From a virus (Duplodnaviria > Caudoviricetes): 24,233 bases of DNA. Made by a program: the position numbers and the translations under genes. The notes beneath the pieces were generated by a model, which was given only the letters and a program-made list of their open reading frames with translations, was not told the DNA's origin and ran no database searches. Below are positions 15,870-22,319 of the stretch, piece by piece. The stretch is taken from IMG/VR virus record IMGVR_UViG_3300037296_000088, positions 1-24,233 of that record, one strand, 5' to 3'. Position 1 is the first letter of the stretch. Each line of letters opens with the position of its first letter.

Positions 15870-15950
15870 TACTTAGCACCCCCCGAACACTAGAACAATA
15901 CTTTGTTCGCTTTTCCGCTTGCTATCTTTTCCGAACAAAGTATTGTTCTA
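15870..15950. promoter_or_regulatory. Divergent promoter/operator region with perfect 19-bp inverted repeat
   Basis: TAGAACAATACTTTGTTCG (15891-15909) / CGAACAAAGTATTGTTCTA (15932-15950); candidate promoters TTGCTA-N16-TATTGT (+) and TTGTTC-N17-TAAGTA (-). Confidence 0.75.
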
Positions 15951-15994
15951 CTTAGACGCTACAAAATAGAACGCTTACACAAGGACCGACAAGG

Positions 15995-16639
15995 ATGCTA
16001 AAACTACTCGACCTTTATTGTTGCGGAGGCGGTGCAAGCCACGGCTATAAGCTGGCAGGCTTTGACATTACCGGAGTTGATATTGTCGATCAGCCACGGC
16101 ATCGGGGGCGGTTTATCAAGGCAGATGCGATTGAATTTGTGATGGAAAATCACCACGAATATGATGTGATCCACGCATCGCCGCCCTGCCAAGCCTACTC
16201 TATGGCGTCCATGCAATTTCGATCCGCAGGCAAAGAATATGCAGACCTGATTGAGCCAACCCGCGATGCGCTGCGGTCTATTGGAAAGCCATATGTGATC
16301 GAAAATGTTCCCGGTAGCCCGCTTATTAATCCTATCGAATTGTGCGGTTCAATGTTTGGGATGCGGACATATCGTCACCGTCTGTTTGAAAGCAACATGC
16401 CGATTACAGCCCCGCCGCACCCGCCACATGATGCGCCTAACGCAAAGATGGGAAGGCCGCCAAAGGACGGCGAATTTATTCAGTATGTCGGCCACTTCCC
16501 CTGCGTCGGTATGGTGCAGGAAATGACAGGGCTGCACTGGCTTGGGCAGAAGGAATTAGCCCAAAGCATCCCACCACAATACACCAACTATATCGGCCGG
16601 CAGTTACTCGATCTGCTTGCGCCTCAACCAATCATTTAA
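15995..16639 (+). CDS. Orphan C5-cytosine DNA methyltransferase (short phage type)
   Basis: LDLYCCGGG (motif I), GVDI, ASPPCQ (IV), IENV (VI), RHRLF (VIII), QSIPP (X). Confidence 0.9.
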   Translation: MLKLLDLYCCGGGASHGYKLAGFDITGVDIVDQPRHRGRFIKADAIEFVMENHHEYDVIHASPPCQAYSMASMQFRSAGKEYADLIEPTRDALRSIGKPYVIENVPGSPLINPIELCGSMFGMRTYRHRLFESNMPITAPPHPPHDAPNAKMGRPPKDGEFIQYVGHFPCVGMVQEMTGLHWLGQKELAQSIPPQYTNYIGRQLLDLLAPQPII

Positions 16640-16649
16640 AGGACGCCCC

Positions 16650-16892
16650 ATGACGAACAACGAAATAACCAACGCAATACTTGCTGTAGAAGTTGCAGCC
16701 CCGATCAATAGCAAATGGCAGCACGTCAAGTCTGGCGGCGCTTACGCAGTCACCGGCTACGCCATGCTTGAGGCGACCACCCGCCCCGCGATCTGCTACG
16801 CTCACACCGGCCCCGAACAGCCAATCTGGGCACGCGACGCAGCCGAGTTTTTGGACGGTCGTTTCGTCCAGATCACAGACCTTACACAATAG
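16650..16892 (+). CDS. DUF1653-like protein
   Basis: WQHVKSGGAYAV, A.LEAT, ICY, IWARDAAEFLDGRF. Confidence 0.8.
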   Translation: MTNNEITNAILAVEVAAPINSKWQHVKSGGAYAVTGYAMLEATTRPAICYAHTGPEQPIWARDAAEFLDGRFVQITDLTQ

Positions 16893-16906
16893 GACCGACC
16901 AAACGG

Positions 16907-16943
16907 AATAAGCCCGCGCCAATGATACAGACGCGGGCTTATT
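16907..16943. terminator. Bidirectional terminator between DUF1653 and the endolysin
   Basis: 12-bp IR AATAAGCCCGCG / CGCGGGCTTATT between convergent stops. Confidence 0.75.
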
Positions 16944-17665
16944 TATTTGCGTAACGCAAAGAACGCCACCACAGCCGCCAGTATAGCCGCCAGAGCGCCA
17001 ACGGGGGCCGCTGGTGCGCTTGTCGGGGTTGCGGGGGCGACAGGCACCGCGTTTGCGATGGGGCTATATGACGCCCCGCGCAGCGCAGTTTCAAACGCCT
17101 CGGCATAGCCCGCGATCAGTGACGCCTTGTCGGTGCCGTTGATGACCTTGCGGGCCGCGACGTAATCCCCCGGCAGATAGTCCGACAGGCTCTTTCCCGT
17201 GAACATTCCGTCAGCAGATCCATGCACTAGAATTTTCGCCGCGATTGCAGGTTCCATTGCCAGCGAGGGGTTGCCCAGAAGGTCAACGCCAGTCAGCGCC
17301 GCCGCCTTGGCATAGTTCGCCTTATGCGTAAGCTGGACATAGCCGCGCCCGAACCAAGCCTGCCCCGACATGTCAAAGCGCCAATAGGGGGTTTTCACCC
17401 ACTTGAGTTGCCCCTTGGCCCATGCCTTTTCCAGACGGTTGACCGTATCGGCATCGCTCTTGCCGTATGCCTCGCGGACTGGCTCCATCGTCGCGCCTGT
17501 CTCATGGTAAGCCGTGCCGAGAACATAGGCCAGATGCGTGATCGGCAGTCCGTCGCCGGCAGCTAGGATAACCTCTAGGCCATTCACTTGTGCCGTGTTC
17601 AGCGCGCCGCCGAAAACGCCGCTATTCTTTGTGCGCAGCGCTGCGTAGAAGATTGGCTTTTTCAT
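16943..17665 (-). CDS. Endolysin, GH19 chitinase/lysozyme-like, with hydrophobic C-terminal tail
   Basis: LAYVLGTAYHET, EPVRE, FGRGYVQLTHKANY, ARKVINGTDKA. Confidence 0.9.
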   Translation of the reverse strand: MKKPIFYAALRTKNSGVFGGALNTAQVNGLEVILAAGDGLPITHLAYVLGTAYHETGATMEPVREAYGKSDADTVNRLEKAWAKGQLKWVKTPYWRFDMSGQAWFGRGYVQLTHKANYAKAAALTGVDLLGNPSLAMEPAIAAKILVHGSADGMFTGKSLSDYLPGDYVAARKVINGTDKASLIAGYAEAFETALRGASYSPIANAVPVAPATPTSAPAAPVGALAAILAAVVAFFALRK

Positions 17666-17705
17666 GGCTTGCCTTTCATGGCGGATGGTGTAGGTAGGTT
17701 AGCGT

Positions 17706-17861
17706 GATCGTGGCGGCGTGGAAAGCAGACACGCAACGTTGACGGAGCGCGGGGCCGCTAAAATCCGAAAGCCTGAGCGGGCCATCCCGGCAGATACAAC
17801 TAAGTCAGCATAAATCGGAAAAATCAGGTTAGATGGCGTAGCGACCATCCCACGATCACCA
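17706..17861 (+). ncRNA. Putative tRNA-like small RNA with expanded central domain
   Basis: Terminal stem GATCGTGG/CCACGATC + A-CCA; D-like arm GCGTG-GAAAGCAGA-CACGC; T-like arm GATGG-CGTAGCGA-CCATC; fills an intergenic gap. Confidence 0.65.
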
Positions 17862-17904
17862 CCTCTTAGTCCGATCATCAATGCGCGTCACCACATCGCG
17901 GACA

Positions 17905-18366
17905 TCACTTCAAAGCACCATACGGCGCAAACAGCGGACCCGTTGCGACCGGCCCCTTATAGAATAGCGTTTCAGTCAGCCAGAACGGATGGCACCGATG
18001 GAAAACCACGGCGTAACCACGCTCTTGCAGTTGTTCCGTGCTAAGCTGCACCGCCCATGGGCCGAAGTCCTCGCCGCCCTCATATCGGATCTTTGGGCCT
18101 TCATCAAAGCGGAAGTCTGCGACCGCGTAATTCTCGCCAATTTGCAGCGCCCAATCAATTCGCACGAAGTCACAATCGCGCACCTTGTCAAAGCCGCCCC
18201 AGAACCGCGTCCACGTCGTGCCTGTGCGCTCTGTTGCCGTGATCCTCACGTCAGTGGCGACAGGAAAGAGTTGCCCCTCTACGCGGCCCGCCAGCGGCGT
18301 CAGATAGAACGCGGCCAGCATAAACAGCCCGCCGATCAGAAAGCTAATGTGACGCTTAAATAACAC
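17905..18366 (-). CDS. Membrane-anchored hypothetical protein
   Basis: N-terminal TM helix followed by a beta-rich domain. Confidence 0.7.
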   Translation of the reverse strand: MLFKRHISFLIGGLFMLAAFYLTPLAGRVEGQLFPVATDVRITATERTGTTWTRFWGGFDKVRDCDFVRIDWALQIGENYAVADFRFDEGPKIRYEGGEDFGPWAVQLSTEQLQERGYAVVFHRCHPFWLTETLFYKGPVATGPLFAPYGALK

Positions 18367-18565
18367 TCAAGCCGCCTCCCATTGCATAACCGACAAACGC
18401 TAACAGCATCCCGCCGATCATCAGCCGCACAAGCCACTTGAGCGTGTCCTCAATGGACCCCAGGCGGGTTGTGACGTTGGTATGATGCACCTCGTCCACA
18501 GCGTTGCGCATCTCCAAGGCTGATAGACGGCCCTCGATTGCTGATAATCGTTGCGGGTCAGTCAT
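18356..18565 (-). CDS. XhlA-like (hemolysin/holin-like) coiled-coil plus TM protein
   Basis: RLSALE...RLGSIEDTLKWLVRLMIGGMLLAFVGYAMGGG; ATGA-coupled start. Confidence 0.7.
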   Translation of the reverse strand: MTDPQRLSAIEGRLSALEMRNAVDEVHHTNVTTRLGSIEDTLKWLVRLMIGGMLLAFVGYAMGGGLSVI

Positions 18566-19014
18566 CGGCTGCTTTCCTTGCGAGATGGTTCTTGATGTCT
18601 CGGATTGGCCCAAGACGTAGCCAAACGATCACGCCGAGAATGGCCGCGTTGAATAAAATAATGCCTGATACCAGAATATCCACCGTCAACCTTCCCCATC
18701 ACGCACAGTTGCGCGTATGCGATTATGTCCACTATCGCATAGGTTGCGCCCGCTGGCCACGATAGGTGATGTGACAGAATGTAAACTGGAATCATGATTA
18801 GGAACAAAGCCGCGATGATCGCCTCGCGCGGTGTCCGCATGACCAGCACAGACGCGCAGATGATGTCTGCAATGGCCACAGCGCGGGGGTCGCCGTTCAC
18901 CAGCAACGTAAGGCAGAAGTTGCCCCACATCACCAGCAATAGCGCTTTGTGCGGACGACCCGTTAGGGTCGCCAGCGTTAGCAGACCGGCATAGAGTAAC
19001 TGCCAGTCGGTCAT
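18562..19014 (-). CDS. Multi-pass membrane protein
   Basis: About five short hydrophobic segments and a basic tail. Confidence 0.75.
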   Translation of the reverse strand: MTDWQLLYAGLLTLATLTGRPHKALLLVMWGNFCLTLLVNGDPRAVAIADIICASVLVMRTPREAIIAALFLIMIPVYILSHHLSWPAGATYAIVDIIAYAQLCVMGKVDGGYSGIRHYFIQRGHSRRDRLATSWANPRHQEPSRKESSR

Positions 19015-19016
19015 GG

Positions 19017-19253
19017 TTAGCGCCCGCCGCCGCCCCGCGTCTGGATCTCAGACGCAAACTCTGGGAAATAGGCGTGCATCATGGCCGTCGCGTTGCTGTG
19101 CCAGACAATCAACTCGCCGCGCAGCCCCATGGCCGCGTTAGCAGCCTCAAGGTTGCTGGACTTGGTGTTGATGTCCTGAATGGTACGCATCGCCTGCTTT
19201 AGCGTGCATAGCGCGTCCTGCGCCGCCTCGATTGCCTTGCGTTCGTCTGTCAT
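19017..19253 (-). CDS. Hypothetical protein
   Basis: AAGGAG RBS; 78 aa ending TRGGGGR. Confidence 0.75.
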   Translation of the reverse strand: MTDERKAIEAAQDALCTLKQAMRTIQDINTKSSNLEAANAAMGLRGELIVWHSNATAMMHAYFPEFASEIQTRGGGGR

Positions 19254-19277
19254 GGTGTCGTCTCCTTGGGGTTGCCG

Positions 19278-19457
19278 TTAAACTATAGAGCCGCGTGGTG
19301 ACAGATACCAGTTCGCGCCGTTAAACGTGAAATCAGCCCATTGGTTTGCGGACACCTCGCCAATGTTGGCATTGTCTGGCCCGTTCCGCACGCGCCGCGC
19401 AAATCCGCCCGTTGTCTTGCAGAATCGCGGCCCCTAGGCCTTTGTGCGTGTCATCAT
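19278..19457 (-). pseudogene. Remnant of a tail-fibre-type C-terminal domain
   Basis: MMTRTKA*GPRFCKTTGGFARRVRNGPDNANIGEVSANQWADFTFNGANWYLSPRGSIV*; in-frame TAG at 19434-19436. Confidence 0.55.
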
Positions 19458-19527
19458 GCCGATTTCCTAACGTGTCGGTGTGTAGGCTGGCGGGTATGGA
19501 TTGCACTCCCACCGCCAGCCGATTGCT

Positions 19528-22272
19528 TTATAATGCGGACGCCTGAACGGGTACGGCTTTAACAATCACCCTTGCTGTGCCTGCGTGTGCCGATGGAGTA
19601 TTTACCTGCACCCCCAGCCCGTTCGCTACGTTAGGTATCCAGTGGTCACGGAATGGGTAGGGGCCTGTCGGGGCAAGGTTTGTTGCAAGCTGGCCCCTAA
19701 AGGCGCTCGCGTCTGTCGTGAAGTTGCACAATTCGCCAGATGCCGCGCCCGTAGAGTTAAGGGCAACCAGGGCAACAGTGCCAGTAGCCCCGGCACCAGT
19801 GTTTGACATATATTGCAGTTCGTAGCCCGCAAAACGGTAGTTAGGGACACTGAATTTATTGAAGAACGCAACCGTGCTTGCGGTGTTTAGTGCAACCGCA
19901 TCCGAAACAAAAGTCACGCTTTCATCAATCGCACCAAATGGCAAGGCACCGCCGTCATAAAGACTCATGCCTAAATAATGCACATCTGCGGTCACGCCAC
20001 TTGCGGGTCGAAGCTCTAGGCTTGAGTACTGGCCCAGAGTATCCGCAGGCAATCGACCCACGATATAAACAGACTGAAACCCTGATGCAGCGCGGTGAAA
20101 CGCTTGGAAGGCTTTGATCTTTGTACTGCCAAATTTGTATATAGCGACTTCAACACTGTTGTTAGGTGCGTCGGTGCATCTGTAGATGCAGTGGATCACA
20201 ACGAAAGAGTTCTGCTTCCATCGCGTGATAGGGATTTTAATGGGTAATGTGCTTGTGGCCCGCGTTGATGTTTTGCTCATAACCATGCGGCTATCCGATG
20301 GGACATCAGTAATTATTGCAGACCCACCAACAATAGAAACAGAGCCATTTGCAGAGGGTAGCAATTGTGGATTGGATACACACTGCGGCGCTGGCCGACC
20401 GTCCACAACACCACGGATAAGGTTATATTTGCGGTTAGTGATACCATCCGATGAGTTAGGGTCAAACAGAACGCCCTCGACATAGATGCCGTCGCAAGTG
20501 CCATCAATGTCAACAAACTCGTTTTCACCGAAACGGTCAGCACCCATTAAGTTAGCGATACGCACGTTTGACGATGCATTTTGTATCACAATAGCTTTCT
20601 TGTTCGTATTAGAGCGGTAGCCGTCGATAGTAATGTTCTGCGATGCAGAAATGAGGATACCGTAGTTAGTGGAGTTTTCCTCATACACGTTTCGGATTGC
20701 AATGGACGAACGCGTAATTCCGATGATTGACATGTTGTAAGTAGATTGCGCCTCAAGATACAACTTATCGAACGTCAGATGCCCGCCAGTGATTGCGACC
20801 TGCAAAGCCGCGTTGACGCCCTGCACAGATCCGATGTTCATGTTAAGGAAATCAAGGCTCGTGTTGCCTGCGATGCGGACAACAAAATCATTACCGCTGC
20901 CGGAAACGTTCGCCACAGAGCCAATATATGAGTCAGAGACGAAAAGTCCATTTATAGATGAGTGGCCAGTAAATCCGCCAACATACGCCGTAAACGTGTG
21001 AACGCGCAGGCCAGAGTGCGCAGCCGTGCCAGTAGTGGCTTTAAACTTAGGCTTCCCTCGAAGTGTAAAGGTGAAGTTTCCAACTCCTACAGAACCAACC
21101 TTGATACTAGATTTAGTAGCATCATTGAAGTTTGCGATGAACACCGTTCCAAGGTCATTGTACTCGCTCGTGTCGTCACAAGTGAGGGTAAGTATGCTCG
21201 TAACAGCCACCTGGTTGTCCATGCGGTAGATGCCCGCTGGCGTGTAAACCTCGTTGTATTTGTTGTAGATCACTGATAGTAAAGTGGATGCGTCAGCCGC
21301 GCCCGTTTTGGGAACATTGAAGGCATCTGTATTAATGCCAAGTAGCCCAGCTTTGACGCTCAATTTAATGCCGCCAGACGTGGTTACGTCAAAATCGCCA
21401 GTCTGCGCGAGGTTTAGCGGATATTTGTGAGGGCCATACTCAAGAGTGATCGTACCACTAGACCCATGCACCGACCGTAGGAACGCAATCGTCCGCGTGT
21501 CCTCTGCAAACGTGCAGTCCTGCGTTAGCGACGTGCTGACGAACTGGAACGCAGTCCCGTTCTTGACGGTAGGCGATGTCGGCAGGAAACCCAGCGGCTT
21601 TACCACCCACTGCCCGCCGCCTGCGGGTTGCGCCCGTTGATCTGTCACAACATCAGTCGCGGCAAGCGTCGCGGCTTCCGTAAGGAATGGGCGAACGTCA
21701 GCCGCGTTTAGGATCTCGGATTGCTTGCCGATCTGCCAATTTCCAGCGTAGACCGACGCAGACGGTGCATTTTTGATTGCCGTCAGCGTGTCGGTTTTGA
21801 CAAAACCCTGCCCGCTGATAGTGCCGGACACGGACACGCGGAACGTGTCGCCAGCCTGCACCGCCCTCGTAACTCCGCCATATTGCGCAGACGTAGGGAA
21901 TGCGCCCGTTGAGGCGTCAAACGCAGGACCGACAATGCGAATATCACCCGCCGCGAGATTGGCGATTTGCGTTTGCAGGTTGCCGTCGCCAGCGATGCGC
22001 GCCGCAGCCTCATTGGATACGGTCAACGCAATGGCAGCATCCGCAGAAATCCGCGCCGATTCCTCTGCGGTAATCTTGACATTCAGCAGGCTACCGGCTT
22101 CGGTTTCCAGCTGGATAGCCTCGGCCCATGCCCGCAATTCCGGCTTGGTCGGGACATATGGCCCAGACTTTGGCGAACCAATCGGCAGCGGCGCGTTTAC
22201 CGGCTCATTCGGCAACCCGTCGCCCGTGTAGCGGTTAAAGTCGCGCATGAACTTGTTGATGTCATCAGCCAT
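19528..22272 (-). CDS. Tailspike / depolymerase-like protein (beta-helix, possible C-terminal carbohydrate-binding domains)
   Basis: 914 aa; N-terminal anchor, EESARISAD/EAAARIAGD coiled segment, GAADAS...VYTPAGIY beta-helix cap, Asn/Ile-rich repeats. Confidence 0.8.
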   Translation of the reverse strand: MADDINKFMRDFNRYTGDGLPNEPVNAPLPIGSPKSGPYVPTKPELRAWAEAIQLETEAGSLLNVKITAEESARISADAAIALTVSNEAAARIAGDGNLQTQIANLAAGDIRIVGPAFDASTGAFPTSAQYGGVTRAVQAGDTFRVSVSGTISGQGFVKTDTLTAIKNAPSASVYAGNWQIGKQSEILNAADVRPFLTEAATLAATDVVTDQRAQPAGGGQWVVKPLGFLPTSPTVKNGTAFQFVSTSLTQDCTFAEDTRTIAFLRSVHGSSGTITLEYGPHKYPLNLAQTGDFDVTTSGGIKLSVKAGLLGINTDAFNVPKTGAADASTLLSVIYNKYNEVYTPAGIYRMDNQVAVTSILTLTCDDTSEYNDLGTVFIANFNDATKSSIKVGSVGVGNFTFTLRGKPKFKATTGTAAHSGLRVHTFTAYVGGFTGHSSINGLFVSDSYIGSVANVSGSGNDFVVRIAGNTSLDFLNMNIGSVQGVNAALQVAITGGHLTFDKLYLEAQSTYNMSIIGITRSSIAIRNVYEENSTNYGILISASQNITIDGYRSNTNKKAIVIQNASSNVRIANLMGADRFGENEFVDIDGTCDGIYVEGVLFDPNSSDGITNRKYNLIRGVVDGRPAPQCVSNPQLLPSANGSVSIVGGSAIITDVPSDSRMVMSKTSTRATSTLPIKIPITRWKQNSFVVIHCIYRCTDAPNNSVEVAIYKFGSTKIKAFQAFHRAASGFQSVYIVGRLPADTLGQYSSLELRPASGVTADVHYLGMSLYDGGALPFGAIDESVTFVSDAVALNTASTVAFFNKFSVPNYRFAGYELQYMSNTGAGATGTVALVALNSTGAASGELCNFTTDASAFRGQLATNLAPTGPYPFRDHWIPNVANGLGVQVNTPSAHAGTARVIVKAVPVQASAL

Positions 22273-22319
22273 TTAAAATGCCCCTTTTGTGTTCGTGCAA
22301 TTATTGTCTATCGGGAGCA

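Noticed and set aside
15885-15972. Alphaproteobacterial LexA box
   Set aside because: The GAAC/GTTC units are inverted with N8 spacing or direct with N4, not the GTTC-N7-GTTC direct repeat.
17750-17770. CUA (amber suppressor) anticodon in the tRNA-like RNA
   Set aside because: CTA at 17758-17760 is not in a proper 7-nt loop on a 5-bp stem, and TAG is used as a normal stop elsewhere (HNH, AAA+ protein, DUF1653).
17706-17861. Canonical tRNA or tmRNA
   Set aside because: No TTCGA T-loop, no anticodon arm, no G3-U70 alanine determinant, and too short for tmRNA.
19278-22272. Diversity-generating retroelement or invertible tail-fibre system
   Set aside because: No reverse transcriptase, template/variable repeat pair or flanking inversion sites were seen, and the resolvase-like protein lacks catalytic residues.
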